Source: Thermodesulfobacteriota bacterium
GTDB taxonomy: Bacteria; Desulfobacterota_D; UBA1144; Nemesobacterales; Mycalebacteriaceae
NCBI GenBank assembly: GCA_965205855.1
Contig: OZ242184.1
Location: forward strand, 1,216,001 to 1,280,000
DNA length: 64,000 nucleotides
Direction of reading: 5' to 3'
Made by a program: the position numbers and the translations under genes. Shown piece by piece: positions 18,311 to 28,571 of this stretch. The first letter of the stretch is position 1. Each line of letters begins with the position of its first letter. The notes below the pieces were generated by a model. The model saw nothing but the letters and a program-made list of their open reading frames with translations, did no database searches and had not been told where the DNA came from.

Positions 18311-21300
18311 TTACCAATTTAAAGTCAGTCCGGTTCTTACAATCCTGTCCTGAAATTCACTTGTCGTGGCTCCCGCGAAATGAACCTGAAGCGCATTGTT
18401 TACCCTTATCCCGAAACTTCCCGCCATTCCGTATTCGCCTCTGTATTCCGAGAAGTTAAGATCCAGAGCGGAGCGGTCTCCCTTGGCGATGGTTGATGTC
18501 CTCATTGCCGCGGACATTGCCACGCCTCTTCTCAAGTTTCCCAGTTCAAGCCCGTATTCGTCAATCTTGTCCTGCACCCATGCGTTACGCTCATACAGGT
18601 CGCCGTATCTTTTCGGCTCGCTTCCAAACGGGGACTGCCGCAACGCCTCAAGCGTCTCCGGAGAAAGCTGCTCCTGACCTTCCTGTGTAATAAACTCGTC
18701 CACATTCCTCGGACGACGGTACTCTGTCTCCGCTGTCGCGGCGGCTATGTATTCCTCTATCGTTCTTATCTCGTCAAAGTTGCGCGCGCTGTCTATTTCC
18801 GCTCCCGACTGCAAAGTATCCAACTCAGCATCCGTGACACCGCTCAGATAACCAACAATAGAAATCCTCTCTCTCACCGTAAGACCCTCAATACCTTCCT
18901 CTATCTCGCCACGGCTTACCCAGCCGTCTCCGTTTGAGTCAAAATTACCGATTGTGGAGGGAATGTTGTTAGACGGTATATCAGTTCCGAGAACTCCACC
19001 GACGTCAAAGCCGTTCGCTTCCTGCGCTTCGTAGTATCTCAGCTGCTCATACAAATCCCCTTCCCTGTCTATCCCCGTGCCGTTCACGTCGCCGAGAAAA
19101 CTGCCCGCTTGCGCGCGGAGGGCGCTACCGTAGCGAGTCGTGTTTCCGTCCGGTTCAAGAGTATTCAGCTGATCCTGAAGAGTTATGTATCTGTCGCCGA
19201 GACGGGTTGTCTCATCATCTGTGTCCGCCAGTCTCTGCCTCTGAAAATCGGATGCGCCCACTCCTTCATACAGGTTCTCTGTCCGTGAAAGCAATGACCC
19301 GTTCGGATTCGTTGTCGGCCTCAAAGAAAGGTTGTTTGTCTCAGAGTTAAACAGACTCGCATTAGAAGAACCCTGAGCCGCAACCCATTGCTGTTGAAGC
19401 TGCTCCACTTCCACGCGTTGCTCCTCAATCTCATCGTGTTTCTTGAACTCGCTGTCTGCAAGGTAGTCTTCCAAACCCGCAACATACGCCTCCTGCGCGG
19501 TTCGTGCCACATCATTTGCCGCAGTTACGCCACCAACAGAAGCAATTTCCGCTCTGACCCTCCGTTTCAATGTCTCCGGACCCTCGTCGCCAACCAAATC
19601 GTCAATCCCGTCAAAACCGAAATCAGCCGTTTGCAGTGTCCCGTCCGGCAGAACCGTTACCACTCTTGTCGCTCCCGCAGTCTCAAACGAGCGGTCTCTT
19701 CTGTCCTGAAAATCACCAAGCGTGGAGTCGTGAATGTTCTGCGTCGGGCTGAAAACCGGAGCGCCGGTGGCTGTCGAGTTTTGTGTGATATATGCTTTCT
19801 CCTCAAACAGACCAAGACCCGTAAACGCGTATGTGCTGTCCGCCTCGGTTGGCGTTCCGCTTCCGTCTGCCGACCGTCCGGAGGCGTTCTTTGCAAACTT
19901 CTGCGAATAATCCCTGCTGGTTTCGGTCCCTCGTCCGAAAGCGTCTGCATGGCTGCCGCTTGAAACCGCACCCTGACCCACTACCGTAGAATTGGTGCCC
20001 GAAACTATCGAATCCTGTCCCACTGCCGTTGAACGGACACCGCTCGCGTTTGAATCTTGTCCCAATACTGTTGAATCCTCTCCGCTCGCCTCAGAATCCT
20101 GTCCCACTGCCGTTGAGTTTACTCCGTTGGCCAGTGAACTCTGTCCCGATGCCGTTGAGCGTATGCCGTTCGCTATTGAACCCTGTCCCGATGCCGTTGA
20201 ATCCTCTCCGCTCGCCTCAGAATCCTGTCCCACTGCCGATGAATCCTCTCCGCTCGCCTCAGAATCCTGTCCCACTGCCGTCGAATTAGCTCCGTTGGCC
20301 AATGAACTTTGTCCCGATGCCGATGAACGGGCGCCGTTCGCTATTGAACCCTGTCCCGATGCCGTGGAATCCTCTCCGCTCGCTTCAGAATCCTGTCCCA
20401 CTGCCGATGAATTAGCTCCGCTCGCCTCAGAATCCTGTCCCGATGCCGTCGAATTTACTCCGTTGGCCAGTGAACTTTGTCCCGATGCCGATGAATTAAC
20501 GCCAGACGCCTCAGAATCCTGTCCCGATGCCGATGAACGGACACCGTTCGCTATTGAACCCTGTCCCGATGCCGTTGAATCCTCTCCGCTCGCTTCAGAA
20601 TCCTGCCCCACTGCCGTCGAATTAGCTCCGTTGGCCAGTGAACTTTGTCCCGATGCAGATGAATTAACGCCAGATGCCTCAGAATCCTGTCCCGATGCCG
20701 ATGAACGGACACCGTTCGCTATTGAACCCTGTCCCGATGCCGTTGAATCCTCTCCGCTCGCTTCAGAATCCTGTCCCACTGCCGATGAATTAGCTCCGCT
20801 CGCCTCAGAATCCTGTCCCGATGCCGTCGAATTTACTCCGTTGGCCAGTGAACTTTGTCCCGATGCCGATGAATTAACGCCAGACGCCTCAGAATCCTGT
20901 CCCGATGCCGATGAACGGACACCGTTCGCTATTGAACCCTGTCCCGATGCCGTTGAATCCTCTCCGCTCGCTTCAGAATCCTGCCCCACTGCCGTCGAAT
21001 TAGCTCCGTTGGCCAGTGAACTTTGTCCCGATGCCGATGAATTAACGCCAGATGCCTCAGAATCCTGTCCCGATGCCGATGAACGGGCGCCGTTCGCTAT
21101 TGAACCCTGTCCCGATGCCGTGGAATCCTCTCCGCTCGCCTCAGAATCCTGTCCCACTGCCGTCGAATTAGCTCCGTTGGCCAATGAACTTTGTCCCGAT
21201 GCAGATGAATTAACGCCAGATGCCTCAGAATCCTGTCCCGATGCCGATGAACGGACACCGTTCGCTATTGAACCCTGTCCCGATGCCGTTGAATCCTCTC

Positions 21301-24300
21301 CGCTCGCTTCAGAATCCTGCCCCACTGCCGTCGAATTAGCTCCGTTGGCCAGTGAACTTTGTCCCGATGCAGATGAATTAACGCCAGATGCCTCAGAATC
21401 CTGTCCCACTGCCGATGAACGGGCGCCGTTCGCTATTGAACCCTGTCCCGATGCCGTTGAATCCTCTCCGCTCGCCTCAGAATCCTGTCCCACTGCCGAT
21501 GAATTAGCTCCGTTGGCCAATGAACTTTGTCCCGATGCAGATGAATTAGCTCCGCTCGCTTCAGAATCCTGTCCCACTGCCGTCGAATTTACTCCGTTGG
21601 CCAGTGAACTTTGTCCCGATGCCGATGAACGGGCGCCGTTCGCTATTGAACCCTGTCCCGATGCCGTTGAATCCTCTCCGCTCGCCTCTGAATCCTGTCC
21701 CACTGCCGTCGAATTAGCTCCGTTGGCCAATGAACTTTGTCCCGATGCAGATGAATTAACGCCAGATGCCTCAGAATCCTGTCCCACTGCCGATGAACGG
21801 GCGCCGTTCGCTATTGAACCCTGTCCCGATGCCGTGGAATCCTCTCCGCTCGCTTCAGAATCCTGCCCCACTGCCGTCGAATTAGCTCCGTTGGCCAGTG
21901 AACTTTGTCCCGATGCAGATGAATTAACGCCAGATGCCTCAGAATCCTGTCCCACTGCCGATGAACGGGCGCCGTTCGCTATTGAACCCTGTCCCGATGC
22001 CGTTGAATCCTCTCCGCTCGCCTCAGAATCCTGTCCCACTGCCGATGAATTAGCTCCGTTGGCCAATGAACTTTGTCCCGATGCAGATGAATTAGCTCCG
22101 CTCGCTTCAGAATCCTGTCCCACTGCCGTCGAATTTACTCCGTTGGCCAGTGAACTTTGTCCCGATGCCGATGAACGGGCGCCGTTCGCTATTGAACCCT
22201 GTCCCGATGCCGTTGAATCCTCTCCGCTCGCCTCTGAATCCTGTCCCACTGCCGTCGAATTAGCTCCGTTGGCCAATGAACTTTGTCCCGATGCAGATGA
22301 ATTAACGCCAGATGCCTCAGAATCCTGTCCCACTGCCGATGAACGGGCGCCGTTCGCTATTGAACCCTGTCCCGATGCCGTTGAATCCTCTCCGCTCGCC
22401 TCAGAATCCTGTCCCACTGCCGTCGAATTAGCTCCGTTGGCCAATGAACTTTGTCCCGATGCAGATGAATTAGCTCCGCTCGCCTCTGAATCCTGTCCCG
22501 ATGCCGTCGAATTTACTCCGTTGGCCAGTGAACTTTGTCCCGATGCAGATGAACGGGCGCCGTTCGCTATTGAACCCTGTCCCGATGCCGTTGAATCCTC
22601 TCCGCTCGCTTCAGAATCCTGCCCCACTGCCGTCGAATTAGCTCCGTTGGCCAGTGAACTTTGTCCCGATGCAGATGAATTAACGCCAGATGCCTCAGAA
22701 TCCTGTCCCGATGCCGATGAACGGACACCGTTCGCTATTGAACCCTGTCCCGATGCCGTGGAATCCTCTCCGCTCGCCTCAGAATCCTGTCCCACTGCCG
22801 TCGAATTAGCTCCGTTGGCCAGTGAACTTTGTCCCGATGCAGATGAATTAACGCCAGATGCCTCAGAATCCTGTCCCACTGCCGATGAACGGGCGCCGTT
22901 CGCTATTGAACCCTGTCCCGATGCCGTTGAATCCTCTCCGCTCGCCTCAGAATCCTGTCCCACTGCCGATGAATTAGCTCCGTTGGCCAATGAACTTTGT
23001 CCCGATGCAGATGAATTAGCTCCGCTCGCTTCAGAATCCTGTCCCACTGCCGTCGAATTTACTCCGTTGGCCAGTGAACTTTGTCCCGATGCCGATGAAC
23101 GGGCGCCGTTCGCTATTGAACCCTGTCCCGATGCCGTGGAATCCTCTCCGCTCGCCTCAGAATCCTGTCCCACTGCCGTCGAATTAGCTCCGTTGGCCAA
23201 TGAACTTTGTCCCGATGCAGATGAATTAACGCCAGATGCCTCAGAATCCTGTCCCACTGCCGTCGAATTAGCTCCGTTGGCCAATGAACTTTGTCCCGAT
23301 GCAGATGAATTAACGCCAGATGCCTCAGAATCCTGTCCCACTGCCGATGAACGGGCGCCGTTCGCTATTGAACCCTGTCCCGATGCCGTTGAATCCTCTC
23401 CGCTCGCTTCAGAATCCTGTCCCACTGCCGTTGAATTAGCTCCGTTGGCCAGTGAACTTTGTCCCGATGCCGATGAATTAACCCCGCTCGCCTCAGAATC
23501 CTGTCCCGTTGCTGTTGAATTATCTCCGCTCGCAAGTGAACTCTGTCCCGATGCCGATGAACGGGCACCGTTCGCTATTGAACCCTGTCCCGATGCCGTT
23601 GAATCCTCTCCGCTCGCTTCAGAATCCTGTCCCGATGCCGATGAATTAACCCCGCTCGCTCTTGAACCCTGTCCCGATGCCGTTGAATTATCTCCGCTCG
23701 CAAGTGAATTCTGTCCCGATGCCGATGAATTAACCCCGCTCGCACTTGAATCCTGTCCCGATGCCGTTGAATTATCTCCGCTCGCAAGTGAATTCTGTCC
23801 CGATGCCGTTGAATCCTCTCCGCTCGCCTCAGAATCCTGTCCCACTGCCGATGAATTAGCTCCGCTCGCTTCAGAATCCTGTCCCGTTGCTGTTGAATTA
23901 TCTCCGCTCGCAAGTGAACTTTGTCCCGATGCCGATGAACGGGCACCGTTCGCTATTGAACCCTGTCCCGATGCCGTTGAATCCACGCCGCTCGCCTCAG
24001 AATCCTGTCCCGATGCCGATGAATTAACCCCGCTCGCTTCTGAATCCTGTCCCGTTGCTGTGGAACGGGCGCCGGACGCGTTTGAATTCTGTCCCACTGC
24101 CGTTGAATCCACACCGGACGCTTCTGAATCCTGTCCCGTTGCTGTTGAATTATCTCCGCTCGCAAGTGAACTTTGTCCCGATGCCGATGAATTAACCCCG
24201 CTCGCTTCTGAATCCTGTCCCGTTGCCGTAGAACGGACACCGTTCGCTATTGAACCCTGTCCCGATGCCGTTGAATCCTCTCCGCTCGCTTCAGAATCCT

Positions 24301-27300
24301 GTCCCACTGCTGTTGAATTATCTCCGCTCGCAAGTGAACTCTGTCCCGATGCCGATGAACGGGCGCCGTTCGCTATTGAACCCTGTCCCGATGCCGTTGA
24401 ATCCTCTCCGCTCGCCTCAGAATCCTGTCCCACTGCCGTCGAATTAGCTCCGTTGGCCAATGAACTTTGTCCCGATGCAGATGAATTAACGCCAGATGCC
24501 TCAGAATCCTGTCCCGATGCCGATGAACGGACACCGTTCGCTATTGAACCCTGTCCCGATGCCGTTGAATCCTCTCCGCTCGCTTCAGAATCCTGCCCCA
24601 CTGCCGTCGAATTAGCTCCGTTGGCCAGTGAACTTTGTCCCGATGCAGATGAATTAACGCCAGATGCCTCAGAATCCTGTCCCGATGCCGATGAACGGGC
24701 GCCGTTCGCTATTGAACCCTGTCCCGATGCCGTGGAATCCTCTCCGCTCGCCTCAGAATCCTGTCCCACTGCCGTCGAATTAGCTCCGTTGGCCAATGAA
24801 CTTTGTCCCGATGCAGATGAATTAACGCCAGATGCCTCAGAATCCTGTCCCGATGCCGATGAATTAACGCCAGACGCCTCAGAATCCTGTCCCACTGCCG
24901 TTGAGTTTACTCCGTTGGCCAGTGAATTCTGTCCCGATGCCGTGGAATTAGCTCCGCTCGCTTCAGAATTCTGTCCCGATGCCGATGAATTAGCTCCGCT
25001 CGCTGTTGAATCCTGTCCCGTTGCTGTTGAATTATCTCCGCTCGCAAGTGAACTCTGTCCCGATGCCGATGAACGGGCACCGTTCGCTATTGAACCCTGT
25101 CCCACTGCCGTGGAATCCTCTCCGATCGCTATAGAATCCTGTCCTGTTGCCGTGGAACGGGTGCCGGCCGCGGCTGAATTCTGTCCCACTGCCGTGGAAT
25201 CCTCTCCGATCGCAAATGAATCCTGTCCCGATGCCGTTGAATTAACCCCGCTCGCTGTTGAATCCTGTCCCGATGCCGATGAATTAACGCCAGACGCCTC
25301 AGAATCCTGTCCCGATGCCGTTGAGCGTATGCCGTTCGCTATTGAACCCTGTCCCGATGCCGTTGAATCCTCTCCGCTCGCTTCAGAATCCTGTCCCACT
25401 GCCGATGAATTAGCTCCGCTCGCTGTTGAATCCTGTCCCGTTGCTGTTGAATTAGCTCCGTTGGCCAATGAACTTTGTCCCGATGCCGATGAATTAACCC
25501 CGCTCGCTTCTGAATCCTGTCCCGTTGCCGTAGAACGGGCGCCGGACGCGTTTGAATTCTGTCCCACTGCCGTTGAATCCACGCCGGACGCGTTTGAATC
25601 CTGCCCCGTTGCTGTTGAATTATCTCCGCTCGCAAGTGAACTTTGTCCCGATGCCGATGAACGGGCACCGTTCGCTATTGAACCCTGTCCCGATGCCGTT
25701 GAATCCTCTCCGCTCGCCTCAGAATCCTGTCCCGTTGCCGTTGAGTTTACTCCGTTGGCCAATGAACTCTGTCCCGATGCCGATGAATTAACCCCGCTCG
25801 CTGTTGAATCCTGTCCCACTGCCGTTGAATTATCTCCGCTCGCTTCAGAATTCTGTCCCGATGCCGATGAATTAGCTCCGCTCGCTGTTGAATCCTGTCC
25901 CGTTGCTGTTGAATTATCTCCGCTCGCAAGTGAACTCTGTCCCGATGCCGATGAACGGGCACCGTTCGCTATTGAACCCTGTCCCGATGCCGTTGAATCC
26001 TCTCCGCTCGCCTCAGAATCCTGTCCCACTGCCGATGAATTAGCTCCGCTCGCTTCAGAATCCTGTCCCGTTGCTGTTGAATTATCTCCGCTCGCAAGTG
26101 AACTTTGTCCCGATGCCGATGAACGGGCGCCGAGCGCTATTGAACCCTGTCCCGATGCCGTGGAATCCTCTCCGCTCGCGAAGGAATCCTGTCCCGATGC
26201 TGTTGAATTTACTCCGTTGGCCAGTGAACTCTGTCCCGATGCCGATGAATTAACCCCGCTCGCTGTTGAATCCTGTCCCACTGCCGTTGAATTATCTCCG
26301 CTCGCCTCAGAATTCTGTCCCGATGCCGTTGAATTAGTTCCGCTCGCTTCAGAATCCTGTCCCGATGCCGTGGAATTATCTCCGAACGCATCAGAACTCT
26401 GTCCCACTGCCGATGAATTATCTCCTCTCGCACTTGAACCCTGTCCCGATGCCGTGGAATTATCTCCGAGCGCTATTGAATCCTCTCCCGTTGCCGTTGA
26501 ATTATCTCCGGCCGTTGAATTATCTCCGCTCGCTATTGAACCCTGTCCCGTTGCCGTTGAACGGGCGCCGCTCGCACTTGAATCCTGTCCCACTGCCGTT
26601 GAAGCTGCTCCGCTCGCTGTTGAATCCTGTCCCACTGCCGTTGAATTATCTCCGCTCGCTTCAGAATTCTGTCCCGATGCCGATGAATTAGCTCCGCTCG
26701 CTGTTGAATCCTGTCCCGTTGCTGTTGAATTATCTCCGCTCGCAAGTGAACTCTGTCCCGATGCCGATGAACGGGCACCGTTCGCTATTGAACCCTGTCC
26801 CACTGCCGTGGAATCCTCTCCGATCGCTATAGAATCCTGTCCTGTTGCCGTGGAACGGGTGCCGGCCGCGGCTGAATTCTGTCCCACTGCCGTGGAATCC
26901 TCTCCGATCGCAAATGAATCCTGTCCCGATGCCGTTGAATTAACCCCGCTCGCTGTTGAATCCTGTCCCGATGCCGATGAATTAACGCCAGACGCCTCAG
27001 AATCCTGTCCCGATGCCGTTGAGCGTATGCCGTTCGCTATTGAACCCTGTCCCGATGCCGTTGAATCCTCTCCGCTCGCTTCAGAATCCTGTCCCGATGC
27101 CGATGAATTAACCCCGCTCGCCTCAGAATCCTGTCCCGTTGCCGTTGAACGGGCGCCGCTCGCTCTTGAATTCTGTCCCACTGCCGTTGAATCCACGCCG
27201 GTCGCGGTTGAATCCTCTCCCGTTGCCGTTGAGTTTCTTGCGCTCGCTAGCGAATTCGCTCCCGTTGCCGTTGAATTTGTGCCGGACGCGGTTGAATCCC

Positions 27301-28345
27301 GCCCCGTTGCCGTTGAAGATAGGCCGCTCGCTGTTGAATCATGTCCCGTTGCCGTTGAAGCTATGCTGGACGCGATTGCATTTTGTCCCGTTGCCGTTGA
27401 GCTGGCGCCGGACGCCTCAGAATCCTGTCCCGTTGCTGTGGAATCCAAACCGCTCGCCTCAGAATTCTGTCCCGATGCCGTGGAATTAGTTCCGTTCGCT
27501 GTTGAATCCTGTCCCGTTGCCGTTGAATTATCTCCGCTCGCAAATGAACTTTGTCCCGATGCCGTTGAATTATCTCCGCTCGCTATTGAACCCTGTCCCG
27601 ATGCCGTTGAATTAACTCCGATCGCTACTGAATTCTGTCCTACTGCCGTTGAATTAACTCCGGGCGCACTTGAATTCTGTCCTACTGCCGTGGCACCAGA
27701 GCCGCTCGCCTCAGAATCCTGTCCCGTTGCCGTTGAATTAACTCCGAACGCTACTGAATTCTGTCCCACTGCCGTTGAATTATCTCTGATCGCTGCTGAA
27801 TCCTGTCCCGTTGCCGTTGAACGGGCGCCGACCGCTCTTGAATTCTGTCCCGATGCCGTTGAATCCACGCCGGACGCGTTTGAATCCTGTCCCGTTGCCG
27901 TCGAATTTACTCCGCTCGCCTCAGAACCCTGTCCCACTGCCGTGGAATTTTCTCCACTCGCCTCAGAATTCTGTCCCACTGCCGTGGAATTTGCGCCAAA
28001 CGCGCTTGAACCCTGACCCACTGCCGTTGAATTGTCTCTGAAAGCCCTTGAGGACTTACCCGTTGCCGTTGAATCTACGCCTTCCGCTATTGAACCCTGT
28101 CCCGTTGCCGTTGCATTTGTGGCGGTCGCTATTGAACCCGCTCCCACTGCCGTTGAATTATCGGCGGTCGCGGATGCACCCGGTCCAAATTCCGTATTAC
28201 CTACTACTTGAGCGTCAGCGTCTTTGATACCCAAAAATGCCACAGCGAATATCATCGGCAAACACAACACAAGAGAACAAACTCTCAAGTCAAATTTTCT
28301 ACGAAAAAAATGTATAAAACGTTTATAAATTATCATATTGGACAC
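18311..28345 (-). CDS. Trimeric autotransporter adhesin 2 (YadA-like), about 3340 aa
   Basis: Start GTG 28345 or ATG 28336; signal peptide ending ADA-Q; 14-aa head repeats; anchor GVAMSAA...GLTLNW. Confidence 0.88.
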   Translation of the reverse strand: MSNMIIYKRFIHFFRRKFDLRVCSLVLCLPMIFAVAFLGIKDADAQVVGNTEFGPGASATADNSTAVGAGSIATATNATATGQGSIAEGVDSTATGKSSRAFRDNSTAVGQGSSAFGANSTAVGQNSEASGENSTAVGQGSEASGVNSTATGQDSNASGVDSTASGQNSRAVGARSTATGQDSAAIRDNSTAVGQNSVAFGVNSTATGQDSEASGSGATAVGQNSSAPGVNSTAVGQNSVAIGVNSTASGQGSIASGDNSTASGQSSFASGDNSTATGQDSTANGTNSTASGQNSEASGLDSTATGQDSEASGASSTATGQNAIASSIASTATGHDSTASGLSSTATGRDSTASGTNSTATGANSLASARNSTATGEDSTATGVDSTAVGQNSRASGARSTATGQDSEASGVNSSASGQDSEASGEDSTASGQGSIANGIRSTASGQDSEASGVNSSASGQDSTASGVNSTASGQDSFAIGEDSTAVGQNSAAAGTRSTATGQDSIAIGEDSTAVGQGSIANGARSSASGQSSLASGDNSTATGQDSTASGANSSASGQNSEASGDNSTAVGQDSTASGAASTAVGQDSSASGARSTATGQGSIASGDNSTAGDNSTATGEDSIALGDNSTASGQGSSARGDNSSAVGQSSDAFGDNSTASGQDSEASGTNSTASGQNSEASGDNSTAVGQDSTASGVNSSASGQSSLANGVNSTASGQDSFASGEDSTASGQGSIALGARSSASGQSSLASGDNSTATGQDSEASGANSSAVGQDSEASGEDSTASGQGSIANGARSSASGQSSLASGDNSTATGQDSTASGANSSASGQNSEASGDNSTAVGQDSTASGVNSSASGQSSLANGVNSTATGQDSEASGEDSTASGQGSIANGARSSASGQSSLASGDNSTATGQDSNASGVDSTAVGQNSNASGARSTATGQDSEASGVNSSASGQSSLANGANSTATGQDSTASGANSSAVGQDSEASGEDSTASGQGSIANGIRSTASGQDSEASGVNSSASGQDSTASGVNSTASGQDSFAIGEDSTAVGQNSAAAGTRSTATGQDSIAIGEDSTAVGQGSIANGARSSASGQSSLASGDNSTATGQDSTASGANSSASGQNSEASGANSTASGQNSLANGVNSTAVGQDSEASGVNSSASGQDSEASGVNSSASGQSSLANGANSTAVGQDSEASGEDSTASGQGSIANGARSSASGQDSEASGVNSSASGQSSLANGANSTAVGQDSEASGEDSTASGQGSIANGVRSSASGQDSEASGVNSSASGQSSLANGANSTAVGQDSEASGEDSTASGQGSIANGARSSASGQSSLASGDNSTAVGQDSEASGEDSTASGQGSIANGVRSTATGQDSEASGVNSSASGQSSLASGDNSTATGQDSEASGVDSTAVGQNSNASGARSTATGQDSEASGVNSSASGQDSEASGVDSTASGQGSIANGARSSASGQSSLASGDNSTATGQDSEASGANSSAVGQDSEASGEDSTASGQNSLASGDNSTASGQDSSASGVNSSASGQNSLASGDNSTASGQGSRASGVNSSASGQDSEASGEDSTASGQGSIANGARSSASGQSSLASGDNSTATGQDSEASGVNSSASGQSSLANGANSTAVGQDSEASGEDSTASGQGSIANGARSSAVGQDSEASGVNSSASGQSSLANGANSTAVGQDSEASGVNSSASGQSSLANGANSTAVGQDSEASGEDSTASGQGSIANGARSSASGQSSLANGVNSTAVGQDSEASGANSSASGQSSLANGANSSAVGQDSEASGEDSTASGQGSIANGARSSAVGQDSEASGVNSSASGQSSLANGANSTAVGQDSEASGEDSTASGQGSIANGVRSSASGQDSEASGVNSSASGQSSLANGANSTAVGQDSEASGEDSTASGQGSIANGARSSASGQSSLANGVNSTASGQDSEASGANSSASGQSSLANGANSTAVGQDSEASGEDSTASGQGSIANGARSSAVGQDSEASGVNSSASGQSSLANGANSTAVGQDSEASGEDSTASGQGSIANGARSSASGQSSLANGVNSTAVGQDSEASGANSSASGQSSLANGANSSAVGQDSEASGEDSTASGQGSIANGARSSAVGQDSEASGVNSSASGQSSLANGANSTAVGQDSEASGEDSTASGQGSIANGARSSAVGQDSEASGVNSSASGQSSLANGANSTAVGQDSEASGEDSTASGQGSIANGARSSASGQSSLANGVNSTAVGQDSEASGANSSASGQSSLANGANSSAVGQDSEASGEDSTASGQGSIANGARSSAVGQDSEASGVNSSASGQSSLANGANSTAVGQDSEASGEDSTASGQGSIANGVRSSASGQDSEASGVNSSASGQSSLANGANSTAVGQDSEASGEDSTASGQGSIANGARSSASGQDSEASGVNSSASGQSSLANGANSTAVGQDSEASGEDSTASGQGSIANGVRSSASGQDSEASGVNSSASGQSSLANGVNSTASGQDSEASGANSSAVGQDSEASGEDSTASGQGSIANGVRSSASGQDSEASGVNSSASGQSSLANGANSTAVGQDSEASGEDSTASGQGSIANGVRSSASGQDSEASGVNSSASGQSSLANGVNSTASGQDSEASGANSSAVGQDSEASGEDSTASGQGSIANGARSSASGQSSLANGANSTAVGQDSEASGEDSSAVGQDSEASGEDSTASGQGSIANGIRSTASGQSSLANGVNSTAVGQDSEASGEDSTVLGQDSNASGVRSTAVGQDSIVSGTNSTVVGQGAVSSGSHADAFGRGTETSRDYSQKFAKNASGRSADGSGTPTEADSTYAFTGLGLFEEKAYITQNSTATGAPVFSPTQNIHDSTLGDFQDRRDRSFETAGATRVVTVLPDGTLQTADFGFDGIDDLVGDEGPETLKRRVRAEIASVGGVTAANDVARTAQEAYVAGLEDYLADSEFKKHDEIEEQRVEVEQLQQQWVAAQGSSNASLFNSETNNLSLRPTTNPNGSLLSRTENLYEGVGASDFQRQRLADTDDETTRLGDRYITLQDQLNTLEPDGNTTRYGSALRAQAGSFLGDVNGTGIDREGDLYEQLRYYEAQEANGFDVGGVLGTDIPSNNIPSTIGNFDSNGDGWVSRGEIEEGIEGLTVRERISIVGYLSGVTDAELDTLQSGAEIDSARNFDEIRTIEEYIAAATAETEYRRPRNVDEFITQEGQEQLSPETLEALRQSPFGSEPKRYGDLYERNAWVQDKIDEYGLELGNLRRGVAMSAAMRTSTIAKGDRSALDLNFSEYRGEYGMAGSFGIRVNNALQVHFAGATTSEFQDRIVRTGLTLNW
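18567..20113. repeat. About 1.55-kb near-identical direct repeat, copy 2
   Basis: Matches 13444-14990. Confidence 0.9.
19950..28190. repeat. 42-bp coding tandem repeat array (roughly 195 units) in adhesin 2
   Basis: Same unit family as in adhesin 1; higher-order 168-bp and 210-bp blocks visible. Confidence 0.9.
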
Positions 28346-28571
28346 CTAATCCTTAGCCAATTAGCAATCACTCAAATCAAACAGGCAGATATTATACTAA
28401 AAAAGCTGAAAAAAAAACAGTAAATTATCCACATACGCGAAAAGCATTTCCACATAATATATAAATAAAAAAGGGGATGAAAGGAATTTTTCTCAAAAAA
28501 GCCTGTTGTCAAATGGGAAAACCACCGGAGGACGAGGAAAATATCAATTCAAATTGACGAAAACAACCCGT

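Noticed and set aside
18126-18317. 64-codon N-terminal extension of adhesin 1, or read-through from adhesin 2
   Set aside because: Different frame from adhesin 2; a good AGGAG SD and signal peptide start at 18125.
13444-20113. Diversity-generating retroelement TR/VR pair or composite transposon
   Set aside because: No reverse transcriptase or transposase in the window; both copies are inside coding genes and differences are not confined to adenines.
19992-28016. 2674-aa plus-strand ORF (and the 988-aa one at 14869-17835) rich in ESCP/ELCP
   Set aside because: Antisense shadow of the adhesin repeats: once a 42-bp unit lacks a stop in that frame, the whole array does. It coincides with the arrays and has no SD or domain, whereas the minus strand has a signal peptide and anchor.
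14830-28190. Possible CRISPR array or satellite DNA
   Set aside because: Units are contiguous, in frame and coding, with no unique spacers and no cas genes.
28425-28454. Replication origin at the DnaA box
   Set aside because: Only one perfect box and one weak match; no dnaA/dnaN/gyrB context.
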